This document shows positions 48,920 through 61,830 of a stretch of 64,000 nucleotides of DNA, piece by piece (the first letter of the stretch is position 1; the number at the start of each line of letters is the position of its first letter). Both the position numbers and the translations under genes were made by a program. The DNA is taken from contig NMRA01000189.1 of NCBI GenBank assembly GCA_002633005.1, positions 266,805 through 330,804 on the forward strand, read 5' to 3'. The notes below the pieces were generated by a model that did no database searches, was not told the DNA's origin, and saw nothing but the letters and a program-made list of their open reading frames with translations. Origin of the DNA: Phoronis australis. Taxonomy: Eukaryota > Animalia > Phoronida.

Positions 48920-50432
48920 CTGCAACAGAGTAAAAACAGCACAAATTCACAAACGGCAAACAAAGACAAAAGAACGAAAGCTTGTATTTAGAATCCGGAA
49001 ATACGTCACAAATTAAACTTGAATACTCGGTGCAACGATTTATTTTCGTCAACTCGTAAATTACGTAAAAACACGGTACTGAATTAGCAATACATGTATA
49101 AGGTCTCTCAGTGGTTTTACAGGGCGCTAAATGTGTTTTTCTCATATCCAGGAATCTCAAAATTCTGCAGTGCACTAGAAGTCACTGTTCACTCCAAACT
49201 GCAGCTAGGAAAATATATAGCCTTTAAAATCGAGTTTTTAAGCATTTAATAAAAAGTGTGGACTCCTTGGAGTTCTGTTTATAGTGAGTGTCTGTGACAC
49301 TGTGTGATGTGCGTGACCGAGTGGGTGAATGATATTCTAAGTACGCTTCGTGTTTCAAGTAATGACATTTTACATTTTGAAATATCGGTATTTAATTTTC
49401 AATAATTGATTGGAAAACGGATAACTTGTATAGTTCCAACGTAAATAGCTTGGAATTGAACATTGCTATTTCACCAAGGTGGAGGACTATGAACAAACGG
49501 AACTACATGTACTTTCATTTTTCTACAGTGAATATTTCATAAAGTATGAACGACAGGGGGCAGCAACTGAACAAGAAATTAGTTTTTCTGCTAGTAGAGT
49601 CAATTGTGGTATTTTCCATGTCTTGTAAAAAATACTTTGGGAATCTTGGTTTCCAAAATATTAAGCATTTTCGTGATGCCAATAGGCACACCCCTAAATG
49701 ACACATGACATTTACCCACAATGATGAACCTAAGTTGGGCACTTAAATCACTTTTGGTCTGATTATCAACACTTTGCAACAAATTCAGCTCGTCACTCGC
49801 AATTCTAACGTCAAGAAAACTTTACTTATGGTGAGCTTCAGTCCTGACACTGAAAAATAGCGAGCTGAAAGGAAGATATAAATCTTTCTGTTTTATCCAA
49901 CTCAGCTCGCAAATGTGTAAAACCCAACCTACCGCAAACTGGGTCAACAATAAGTTGCCTTTTTGTAATACCGCAAAAAAGAGGAATGTTGAAATCGTGA
50001 TATCCCCCTGAGTTCAAGTCCAGGAGGTAAGAAAGCGCTTGGTTTCATTGACCTACTTTTGGAATATCTAGCACAAGTGAAGCCGGAAACCGGCGAGGTG
50101 CAGGCTGTTGAAATGATTCCTGGGAAGCTTTCAGTAACGCTAGGACCTGCGCTAGGCAGAATGGTGAATGTTGAAAAAGACACCTTTGTACCGCTGACGA
50201 CACATTCACGCTGGCACATCTAGCGGTGGTCATGAGTATTCACGATGAGAGTTCATGAACATTTTTCACTTACTGCTTAACCCTGACTTGGCCTAATTGC
50301 GAGAACACCTGCAGTAATACAACACTGATATTGCGGCATTGTAGGTACATACAGCAAGATTCAGGTGTCACTGTTTATTCAGAGACGGTCCTGTTCGTTT
50401 CACAAAGTTTCTAACGGATGGCGAAAACGCAT

Positions 50433-50526
50433 GAGCGTGTGTGTGTTTATGCGTGTGTGTGTTTATGCGTGTGTGTGTTTTTTATGCGTGTGTGTGTACG
50501 CGTGCGTGTACGTGTGTGCACGCGCA
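50433..50526. repeat. Imperfect (GT)n microsatellite
   Basis: gcgtgtgtgtgtttat repeats. Confidence 0.9.
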
Positions 50527-51459
50527 CAGATTTGCGGGCTGAGAGTAATTTAAATCTACGTCAAATAATAATCCGAGCTTTCGGTATCAGTCCTTGACTA
50601 GGCAAACGGACATGCGCGGGAAGGCATAGTACAGATGTCAAAACCCTGTTTGAAGAATTGGATCTTCCGGTCCTCCCCAAAAATTAATTTCACGAGCGTG
50701 TAATGCTGAAATCTTGACCTTTATCAGCAAAACATTGTACTCTAGTACCGTACTTTATATACTTAAGTACGTTTACCATTTATAATGTCAATCTTGTATA
50801 TGCCGCACAAGTATATAATGAAAATATGTATATTCATATATGGTGGTAATTATGTTATACTTTTCATACCCAGATAAGATGTTTTATGGTACATTCTGAG
50901 GTTAACTCGATTTACGGCACATTATGCAGTTCGTAGTAAACAATAAAGGGTGTACTCGAGTGCGTTTTTGTTATAGACTTTTTAGAGTAGACCTAACCCG
51001 GATTTCTACCTTTGTACACCCACTGTCTCATGTGCCTGTGGGGTATCAAATCCTTATGACGTTTGGTTTTACACTTACGCAACACAGTAGCTTCAGAAAC
51101 ATGGCTATCGAATTACCTTCACGGCGAAAAATCCTTTTGCGTTTGGTAATCGGCAGCAATCTTCGCTGCTATTAATTTCTTTCCTGATCTGTCCTTTGCA
51201 GGTGTCGTTAGTTTTAACCTTTCTGTAACACCGGAATCCATCTGTAGGTAAATCAGCTTTTGAGATAAATGATGGAAATATTCCCGGTGACAAACCAATA
51301 AACCATAGGCTGGAATATTGGTGTACTACTCTTAGTTTTGGGTACAGAGTTTTGTTAGAGCAATGACGCGATAAGCATCGTACATGTAGGTAGCTTTAGC
51401 GACAGCGTTTTACGCTCTCATGTCCCGCTACATTTACTTATGTTAAGTGGCAAGACCAG

Positions 51460-52227
51460 GGGCCCGTTCCAAGAAAATGACTTAGCTAAGACAACTCTTA
51501 AATTTTAGTAAATTTTAAAATACAAGTTAAATTTGTCTCAAAACCAATTCAAGAAAGTTCGACTTAAGTGTGTGACATAAGTTTTGTCTTAATTTTGACT
51601 AACTTACCGTATGTGGAAGTTTCAAAGTTTGGAATTTAAGACAAATATTAAACTTAAGTAAAAAATGAACTTAAGTTTCTTGGAACAGGCCCCAGGCGCC
51701 CGTTCCAAGAAACTGATTAAAGTTCATGTAACAGATAAAGTTTCCACTGAACATCAAAAATGTGTATTTCACCTCATCAGGCATACGTTTCAGTTCAGTT
51801 ACACGTGATAACGATTGATTTCGTGTAAACAAAGGATGGAAACACCCTTCTCCTAAGCCTGTCGCTAGCGAAGTACCCGGCACGCCGGCATGTCCAGGTA
51901 ACAAAGGCGCACTGAGACGCAACACAAACATTAGCATAAGAATAAATGAACAACAACTAAATAAGCATAACAATAAATGTATCGTTGCTAACGTCCCGTC
52001 ACATTCATTTTTGACTTAAGTCTAAGATTCGTCTCAAATTCCGAACTTTGAAACTTACACATCTTAGTAATAAGATAGTCAAAATTAAGACAAAACTTAA
52101 GTCAAAAACTTAAGTCGAACTTGAGATTTCTTTTTTGAAATGGTCTTGAGACAGATTTAAGTCTTATCTTAAAATTGACTGAAAGTTAAGATCTTTCTTA
52201 GCAAAGTCAGTTTTCTTGGAACGGGAC
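51460..52227. mobile_element. Adjacent pair of PIF/Harbinger-like MITEs forming a long foldback
   Basis: Copy 1 at 51460-51692: TIR gggcccgttccaagaaa / tttcttggaacaggccc, TSD cag/cag. Copy 2 at 51696-52227 has the same TIRs. 52015-52225 is an inverted copy of 51460-51650. Confidence 0.72.
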
Positions 52228-53019
52228 GGAACTGCGGAAATGTCCTTTCACTTGAGTTTTTGCGTTAACACAAAATAATTGAGTTCCGATTGTGATCTCT
52301 CTGTTCAACGTGCGCAGTGCACACACAAAATCGCACGTGCATATCTGTTCTATAAATGCACATGCAAAAGCCTCATCATGGAAAATTGCACCTATGACAT
52401 GCACTTTGCTACTAGTTGTAATTATGTCTGTCCGTCATTTCGACTTTTTCGCTACTTAAAGTGACAAAAACTGCCACGATGAAGCACAAATAGAATGCGC
52501 AAAATTGAGATTACGTAAATTTATCTCAGACAACGCTTCAAGCTTAAACTGTGTTCAAAAGCTCTTTTATCAGAAAGACTTCGATTTTCTGGCGCAAACG
52601 TATTTTTCTTTCAGCTTTGGTTTCACAAAATCTGCGAGATCAATGACTGATGACTTTCCCGGCTGTTGAACAGCATTACTTTACGTGTCGCCTTACTCGC
52701 AGGCTTACGAAAGATACTATAAAATCTTTGGGCTTACTTAGCCTAATACGTCTAACAGCACAGTACTAAGGGGCATGCTGCATTGATTATCAGATAATCG
52801 GGTTTTCAAAGCGCACTTGCCATTTAAAAAGCGAGTTTTGCATAATTATGCCGCTGAGAGCCGAGATCATTCGGGATTTCGATCGATTAATTAGTGAAAG
52901 AATGGAAGCAGCAATAAATTTTTCCAAAAGCAATAATTAGGTTTAAGCTGAAAATCTATCCGAAGTATACATGAATGCCGAGCTATCTCTGCACGTAGGG
53001 GAAGGGATGCTAGACTCAC

Positions 53020-53046
53020 CATGCTGCCCACCAAACTTCGGCATTT
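53020..53046 (-). CDS. Candidate 27-nt micro-exon of the TSP1 gene
   Basis: ttttcag| 27 nt |gtgagt; reads (E)MPKFGGQH in phase 1 or KCRSLVGSM in phase 0. Confidence 0.35.
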
Positions 53047-53909
53047 CTGAAAACGTTCAACACATCTCACGCGGCGGTGCTAAGCGCTAGATTTCGTTAC
53101 TAAATGCTTATCCCAGAGAAGTTACTACCCCGACGTCCTTCGGCCTTCGTCTCTTTTTCACCCCATAATCAACAAGTACACACTGCCCGCGTCGGCTATT
53201 TTGAAGGCGCTTAGCAATGAAAAATAGTTGACGAGGTCGCCTCTTCGATTTCAGCTGGGTATTGCATTTGACTGGCAGCTTTTGAAAGAAATCGACTATT
53301 TGTAATAAAATCTCAAAAAACACAACTCTTTGTTGTTTTATATTCAAGGCTAATCAAGTCAAGTCATCAGTCCTATCCCAAGAAGATTTTTTGATGTAAA
53401 ACCTATTGTGTCTATTAAATCCAAAAACTATTTTAAATTTGCAAATATCTTCTACAAAGACAAAAATGAGTTCCATGTCGGAAGTAATGTACCGGTCACA
53501 TATTGTAAATGTCAGCCAAGCCGGCTAAGACGTGATCTTATTTTAGCTTGTGTCGCCTTGCTGTTCTCACCGAAGTCGTCGAAGTCGTCAACTAGATTTT
53601 TAAAATAAACCAAGGTTGCTGGTTGTGTATGTTTTACATATTTCTCAAAGTTCGATCTAGATGGTAATGTTCAATGGTTGAATAACGGGTCTTCAGTCAG
53701 AGGAGAATACGACGATGACGATGACGGTGATGGCGATTTTTAACGATGCCCGACGGACATGGGGTGTAAACCTATTTCCAAAGTCGACGAAGTTCCCAAA
53801 AATGCGTTAAAAACGTGACATTTGCAAAATTATGCATGGCAGTTGGAGTTTGAAAATGCACACTATGCATACACCTTAAAATTAAATAACAACTAAATAT
53901 TCTACTCAC

Positions 53910-53958
53910 CACATACCGCTGACATTACCCATAATACCAGCCAGATGATACGCCACAT
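53910..53958 (-). CDS. Candidate signal-peptide exon, probably of the TSP1 gene
   Basis: Exon 53987-53910 bounded by ttgcag and gtgagt; encodes MWRIIWLVLWVMSAVC with a phase-1 donor, typical of secreted proteins. Confidence 0.5.
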
Positions 53959-55019
53959 CGTGCAACCAGGGACGTGTGAAGAACGTACTGCAACAAATTA
54001 CTGCCAATGAGCGCCTTAGGCCTAGGCTTTATAACCAAAAATGTAACGGGATATGTACAAGAGAGTGAGAATTTGTTACTTTAAAACTGACGCGTTCAGT
54101 TGCTGTTTCAGGCTTTTGATCAACCAGTATGAAGCCCGGGCCGCCATTGAGAAGGACGATCCCAAATATGGGAAGGGCATGGAAAGGGCAGTGTGAACAG
54201 ACCTTCAAGTGGGAATGGTGTGCATAAAAAAGGAAGGCGGGACGAGAAACTGGAAGGACATAGGAAGGACAAATCACTGCTTCATCACCTAACGATGTTA
54301 GATGTCAGTGTCGCGTCACCTATTGCAAACACGAAAATGTTTATCTCACAGTTCTGAAGATATAACCCTCGTCCCCACGAAGCACTATGGAAATGCAATT
54401 TCATGTAAAAAGCAACTTCAGCTCCCGAAAATGTGATTCAATCCTCAGTCGGTATTGGTAACCATGTACACTTTCACTGCTCCGTCATTTCCACTTCTTG
54501 TCTGTACTTGGGCATATTTTGAGTCTGATCTTCCCATTGGAAGATCCGTCCTTCCCACTGACTGTCCGATGGCCAAAGTGGACAAAGGCCTGACAGCAAG
54601 TAAAATCGAACCGTATCTCCTTACAGATGTCTCTTGCAAAACACTCGTTTTTCCCTTCCACAGCTGTCTTACGGTTGTTAAGGTTAGCAGCCCAGGGCTA
54701 CAATATCAGTAACAAGTTAAGTTGTCCAAGCCAGCGCAGTAGGTGGAGAGTTCAATCAGCATGGCTGAAGCCCAACGCAGTCTGTGCTCCGTTAGCTATA
54801 CTCGGATACTTATTTGCTGGGCTCGTACATGACGCGATGCCTGGCGGCTGTGAACAGGCGCAGAAAAGTCACTTCAAACGACCACGGATGTATAAAAAGC
54901 GACGTTTTTCTTCGAAAAAGTTGTGAGGGCTACCTCTATTTGGCTTGTTTTCGCCGAAGTTACGATACATCATCGCTTCACTAACGAAACCAAGGTGACA
55001 GCTTGGCTGTTTCGAACAA

Positions 55020-56075
55020 TTATTTTAGATTTGGTGAATAAACATTTTCACTCCAAAACCAAACGTTTCAACAAACATAAACATAAACTCAACGACTGGA
55101 TTACATTTGGTATATTAAAATCAATAAAAGTGCGAGACAAAATGTATAAAAAATGAAAATCACACCTCCTGATTCTATTTTTTCTCGCATTTACTCAATA
55201 AAACTGCGAATTTATTGAAATTAAATCTATAATAAAAGAAGCCAAACGTATGTACTATGAAAAACAGTTCAAGCAGCACAAAAATGATATACGCCATCTT
55301 GGCAAGTCATCAGAAACGTAATTTCTAACTCATCCTTCAGTACTGTTCTCCCTCGGATTATTACCTCTACTACATCTGGACACGTTACTGATAAACACAA
55401 AATAGCTGATCAGTGCAACAACTATTTTATTAATATTGGTCAGAATTTGGCTTCCCAAATACGAATATGCAATGAACGTTTCAAAAATTATCTTCAACAT
55501 TCCCCTGACTCTATCTTTAAGTTTAAAACCGTTGCTAACGACGAAGTACTGAAGGTAATGGAAAATGTATAATCCAAGTCCACCACAGAAAGTGATGACC
55601 TGTCATGTTCTTTTATCAAAGAATACGCGAACTTATTATGCAAACCAATTTCTGTGATTATAAATCAATCCCTACTCACAGGTATTTTCCCCGATGGTTT
55701 GAAGGTAGCTAAGGTAATCCCTATTTATAAAAGTAATGATACCGACAGTAACTCTCTTGTTAACTACGGATCAATATCTATTCTACCTACAATTTCCAAA
55801 GTTTTTGAAAAAAATGTTCATGATCAAGTCTATTCTTATTTTCTCATAAAAATCTTCTATATAAGTCCCAGTATGATTTCAGACCCAAACACTCCACTGA
55901 ACATGCGGCTACTGAATTCGTCCACTCTCTTTACGAAAACTTAGACAAAGGTTTGAACCCAATTTCGGTATTCATGAAGCCTTTGATACCATTGGTCACG
56001 ACATCCACCTAAAAAAATAAAACATTACGGGTTTTCTAATAACGATTTTTTTCAAGGCTACCTTGAGAATAGATA
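55020..56075 (+). mobile_element. Decayed CR1-group (L2/Crack/Daphne-like) LINE ORF2 fragment
   Basis: KHKHKLNDWITFGILKSIKVRDKMYKK; IINQSLLTGIFPDGLKVAKVIPIYK...NY..ISILPTISKVFEK; frameshifted QYDFRPKHSTEHA and KAFDT-like motifs. Confidence 0.85.
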
Positions 56076-56400
56076 CTGTAAATGTGTGTATGTTTGTGTA
56101 TTTGTAGAAATTAATATAAGTTCAGGAGAGATGTAATGTTTTGATAAACATGTAACAGATATATTAATCACGCATACCCGTTAGTGCAAGACTATAGTTT
56201 AATTGATTCTGAGTAAAGGAAGTTCTATGTATGGTATTACTTCTTCCATTGTAAGAATTGCATGCTGCTTAGTCATCGTTCTATAATGAGCCACCTTGCA
56301 GTGAATTAAGTTAGTTCCGATAAAGTATTCTATGCAACAACACGTGCGTTTATGTGCTCCTTCATATAAGACACGCACACCGTTATAAGACGCTGTTATA

Positions 56401-56932
56401 AATGTGGTTTGTTTGTATTTGTGAACCTGCTGAGAATGAAAAAAGGCCACTTTCTCTGCTGTAGCTGCACTCTTCTGCAAGATGGTGGCCCCCTGTTGCA
56501 GTTGTGCATTGCTGTGTAGCAACTGAGAAATTGGCCGCGATTTCAGGTAGCCCTCAAACAAACCAGATTTGCAAAAAAACTAGTTGGTTGACAGTACTTT
56601 TGGACCTCATTTTTGGAATCGGTAGGAAATTTGTTTTCAGAATCTAATGATGGCTTTAGTCGAGCATCGGCAAGGAAGTGGTGGTTTTGGGGCGAAAAGT
56701 GCCGATTTTGCATTTTTTGCTCTTATTTTTTTAGTCTGATTTGGTTTCCACTGGGAGTGAAAGGGTCAAAAATACAGGAGAGAATAAAGTTCCTGTGCTC
56801 ATCTGCAGGGCTTGTGATGTGAAATGACTCAAAACTTTTCTTTACTTACATGCAGTTTTCGACAGAGTGTGAAGAGTCCATTAACGTGTGTTTTGACAGG
56901 CAAACCCCTGTGAGAACTGTTCAGTACTTCTT
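56401..56932 (-). mobile_element. Second, partial and inverted copy of the element at 653-1310
   Basis: Colinear reverse-complement similarity over about 530 bp; ends next to TTAA. Confidence 0.75.
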
Positions 56933-57479
56933 AAGTGAGGAATTGTGGTGGTTGTGTCTAGTGAGAGTGCTGAGAAATGGAGATTTTGAACGGGAGTGTA
57001 TTCAACCACTAGGTGGAGCTCCAGCTCTTATCCACGAGGACGCCAGACCGTACCTATCAAAACATGTCAAGACTGCAACATTTCGTTAATCAGCAAATGC
57101 CTGCATAGAAGGAGTTCATTGTGTGGACGTTCGCATTTCAAAGTTCAAGGTAACATAGCAAAATTTCAAAGTATCGTATAAAGTTGCAACCGTAGTATCA
57201 ATTCGATGCAAAATGAAAATTTTTTTGTGGGTGCTCAAGTCTGCGCGACTGTAGAAATCAGTTTTATGTGGTACAAGATAATTTCGAGGAAATGCAATTC
57301 GCAAGATTTTTCGTCAACAACTGAGCCATTGATAAAATGCGAAGAAATTCAATGACATATATGCCTTGCGGATTTTAATTAGTTCTTCATTCTCCCGCCA
57401 ACTATCACAGCTTTTCGTTTTACTTACTCTCCTTGTCCGCAAACGGACCTCGACTGTAGAATGCTTGTGAAGCCCGTCA

Positions 57480-57620
57480 GTTGGTTATTGTTGAACGAAC
57501 GCTCTGGGGGTACCTTTGATGATTTTGCTAACATGAGGGCGCTGCCATCAATTAAGACACAGGTCGGAGTTCGAGTCAGCGTCAGTGGATAACTGTTCGA
57601 ATGAAAGCGAAAAATAGTTC
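57480..57620 (-). pseudogene. Possible short DNA-transposon (Academ/XPG-like) coding remnant
   Basis: FHSNSYPLTL...TCVLIDGSAL...SF resembles remembered motifs of such elements; weak. Confidence 0.2.
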
Positions 57621-58809
57621 CCTTGGCATCACAACGATGTTGAGGATAATGGAGGCAAGTAGTACATTTACAATTATGCCATGAACTCAAGGGGGGGGGG
57701 TGTTGTTGGAAAAACTGAGTGACCGATTCCAGCAGTAGCATACTGGCCAACATTGCTCCTTGTCTACCACGACTACGTACTTTGTTTTTGGACTTAGTGG
57801 ATGAATTTTTGCAACGATTTCAGTCAATTGTTTAATAACTTCCCTTTTCCAACGCTTTCATGTAATCACAGCTGTGATTTTATTCACGGGTTACTGTCTT
57901 TCGTTTTGAACGTTGTCTATCCCGATGCACGTATGCCTGCTGTTACTAAAAATAAGCAGGACCTGACTGGATTCCTCTTATACTAAGTTAAACCGAATAT
58001 TTAATTCGCACGATTCTTTCGAATTGGTATGTAATATGAAAAATTCAACGTAGTAGAAAAAATATATTGTTAAAATAGCATAAAGTCTGTCCATATATTT
58101 TGAGAAATGCCCTAAGCTCACTTTCTGGAACAAAACTGGTGAAGAATTATAAAACAATGAGTGAATGGCTGGAGTTGTGTTGTGATATGGGTTTTAGCGT
58201 ACTCTAGTGTCGCTGTACTACATTGGGGTATATCTGATTTCTTGACCGAGAGCAGGAACTTTGTAATTCAAATTAAAGCGGAATTTCACCCTTTTTAGCT
58301 GGCTAACCAACAAAACTCGAATCATGCCTTGAACTCTCCTAAAATCGGCCTCGTCATATTACTTACCGTGATTAGATACCATTAAGTCACATGTAATCGC
58401 ACATCCGCCGTTATTCATTCGTAATTTCAGGATAGGCCAACCTTAATAAACTCTGAAGCGTTTCCGTGAGACGGTTTCGATGTTCTTGTTGGTCACGAAA
58501 ATGGAATTCTATTACGGTAAAGAATAGTATGAGACCAATTTTATGAAAGTAAAACGCCTAACGTTTTTAGTCCGCAAATTCGTGCGTTATCATGGGCGGC
58601 GCACCATAGGGGGCTGGGGGGCTATAGCCCCACTTTTTTCAGTGCTGCTCCACTCATGGTTGTGCAGCCCACTTGAAAAACTACACGTAGTATTGAGCCG
58701 TATGGGGGGAAGTGTCGCCCGTAATTACCCTCGCAATTTCGACCTAGACTTCGCTGGTGTTTTGGCGATCGAAATCGTTACAGTCACTTGAGCTCTGAAG
58801 AACTTTTAC

Positions 58810-59080
58810 ACTCGTATTTTCGCGGGGCCTCGTTATTTTTCGCTCTTATTTTTCACTCTTAATTATACGCTCATAATCCTAGAATTACGAGCGTAAAATT
58901 ACGAGCGACAAATAGCGTAACACTACGAACGTATAATCACGAGCGAAAAATACGAACGTAAAATTACGAGGGTACAATTGCTTCAGAGCTCACGTGACCT
59001 ACTGACCAATTTTGCATTGGGTATATTGATTTCGGGGGCAAAACACGAGCGAAATGTCGGTCGTAATTACGAGCGCAATA
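58810..59080. repeat. Degenerate short-period (aattacgagcg) array with an inverted half
   Basis: tacgagcg/tacgaacg units at 58883-58975; complementary cgctc..att units at 58810-58877. Confidence 0.55.
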
Positions 59081-59737
59081 ACGCGCGACACTTTCACCCG
59101 AATGGCCTACTATCCGTCGCATTTTTGGGTTCGTTCTTCCACGGGAAGGCCCGTTCTTCACGTCGGAATGTCTTTCTTCTACATTGGCCAGTCTGAGTTT
59201 CATGTCGCGGGATAAAGAATATGTTGATGTATTGCCGGAAGCATACTGGAACAACGAAAACCAAAAACGTACTCTGTAGTACATTTTCATCTGGTGGTTA
59301 CACATATCACAGTGAAAATTCCAAGAAAGAGTCGCGTTGAGGTGATCTACGACCGCACTTAAAATGTTCTGAATCAAGTTTTGCAAACTTCGGAACGCCT
59401 TTCCGCAGAAATGGCTGATCCCATTCATATGATACTTTCGTACGTTATGTTTTATGCACCGTTCTTTAAAATACCGTTCCGATTTTGAATGAGGGCCGGA
59501 TATCAAAAATGGGACTGTCATAAATTTCATGAATCAAAATCAAGCGTTGCATATCTGGTCAAAACTAAACCCTAAAAATTAGAAAACGGTGACAACGTTT
59601 CTCAGATTTCATCTTGAATATTTAGATCATCGACATTGATACCGTTGTTTTGCCATGACGAAGGTACTGTTGTTGTTTGCTATGTTTTACTAGAAACCAC
59701 ACCGTCACGTGACCTTGACGATCAATGTGATATCGGT

Positions 59738-59979
59738 GGCATCCAGGGGGGGGGGTGGTGAATTGCGGGTAAAAAGGTCCGTCTCTGAGAAACAAAAAGT
59801 CCGGCGAGTAAACGATACAAAAGTCCACTAAAAAGGCGCAGACGCAGAGCTCATAGACCTGAAGGTGGTACCACGTTTTTTTCTTTTTTTTTCGTCCTCC
59901 CGCTTTTATGTTAGCAAAAGGTCCACTTTGACAGAGATTCGAGCCCCCCCCTCATATGAAAAGGCTGGGTGCGCGCATG
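59738..59979 (+). mobile_element. MITE family C
   Basis: Ends ggctgggtgcgcgcatg; core shared with the 29630 and 44746 copies. Confidence 0.75.
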
Positions 59980-61674
59980 GATGGTGTTCTACTTTCAGAA
60001 AATACACAATTTTCATGCTCAATTTCTACAGTTTAATAGATAGTTGGAACAATGGAAAGACATGTACATACAGTGTGTGTGACTGTTAACCATGAATGAG
60101 GCTTATGCTTCGTTACCTATAACGCATGGCGATTTCCCGCCAAGATTAGGCCATCGCAACATGCTACTCTCCTGCACCGAACGCAAGCCGCCGGGTCGGA
60201 CACAGCATTCAAGCGAGTTACCGTTTCAAAGGTGGGGTGTGCGTAACCGATTATGTTAATCTACCTGCGAATGTTGTACCTGCCTGTTGTAGCAGGTTTG
60301 TCAATGCGTCTCCTCGTCAAACCACATCTTTTACAAAATCAAAAGAAATCTACGACAGAACAGGAAGCTTTTACAAATATGGCGGGAATGCCTGTGGCAT
60401 GCGCAATGTGCTTCAGCCGTCAATTTTCCGGGTCGTAGCGAGTAAAAAATTATCAGGTTTATCTAAACAACAGTCACAGCGTCTGAAGCACTTTCCACAG
60501 TAAGTTCCGCAAAATTTGGTGAAACGTGGCGATGTTTTTTTGCTTTTGCGCGAAAAAAATTTCCGCATTCCCGGTTCCGCACAACATTGTACTAAATTTT
60601 CCGGAAAAGGGATTCGTATGAACGGGCCATTTATCGGCTGTCTTTCATTGGTAAGATTTAAATGCAGCGACTTTAGTAACTTGCTAAACTTTACTTGGTA
60701 CCCACGGGAGTTGCCGGTACAACTTGCATCTACCACGGGCACCAGAAATCAAGGTAGATTCAGATTCAGCAACGCAAGGACCTCACTAAAAAGCAAGACT
60801 TAGCGAGATTACGTAAGATCAAAAGCGTCGAGTATTTTGATCTTGGCTAGAATTTTCTAGTCGCGATACAGCTACTGAATTTTCAGTAAATTGTGATTGG
60901 CTAATGCTGTTGTTTGCAGTGCACTTTATTACACTCACTCAGCAGTGTGACAATTAAATGCACATAAACTTCGTTTTCTACAGAACATTTACAACTTAAA
61001 ACGTGGCAAAGTTCTTATAGAAATACGTTACCTAGTCATAAATGGAAAAGTGAATTTTCAGGTAAAAGTGCAGCACAAGTCTCACTGACAAATGGAGAAC
61101 ATGCACAGCATATACCTAAAATATATCAGCGATCGAATAAATATAGTTCAGGTCCTACTTTACACACTTTTCAGTGATAAATTTCACATGTATTCAACGC
61201 AGTTGTAAACTAGCACTCAGTTTCCAAAGAATCGATTACATAGAAACACATAGGCTTGCATTAAGACGGCACGCTGAATTAACTACCGCAAGGCCACGGT
61301 ACGCTTACTGGAGAGTAGATGCACTATTAAGCAGAAGCTACTTCATAAAGTTCAGGTACATTCATCGCAAGATATCTCACGATGACGCATGGTGATGTAT
61401 GTAGGGCAATACTTACTGAAATAAATTGAAATATCAAGGACCGAAACTGATAATTATTTAACGTGTTGGGGTTCTTGGAATGAAATTCTTCGTGAAAAGA
61501 AATTTGGGACTTTATAATTTTAGCTAAAAAGTACTACGCAGCCAGCATTCTGTTTGGGCGCGCAAAATAATGGGCCAAATGCCAAGGGCCAAGGGTCATA
61601 AACCAGCAGTAGGAATGCAAGGAAAGCCAATAGTTATCGCACTCAGTGGACACAAGGACCTAGTGCACGAAGCC

Positions 61675-61830
61675 TAGCGTGCGTTCAGTAACGCTAGGAC
61701 CTACGCTAGGACCTAGCTATCTAGCCAAAGTCACGTGCTCTCATTTAAGATACATGGCAGTATCTCACGTAATCTCGCGAAGTCTTGCTTTTTAGCGAGG
61801 TCCTAGCGTTACTGAACGGGAGGCAGGCTA
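61675..61830 (+). mobile_element. MITE family D, best-preserved copy
   Basis: Perfect 21-bp inverted repeat cgttcagtaacgctaggacct / aggtcctagcgttactgaacg; TAGC...GCTA ends; partial reverse copy at 60762-60850. Confidence 0.8.

Noticed and set aside
54150-54720. BEL/Pao integrase remnant
   Set aside because: Only vague resemblance with inconsistent motif order; no LTR seen.
58964-59530. 188-aa ORF
   Set aside because: Partly made of the short-period repeat; no domain or splice support.
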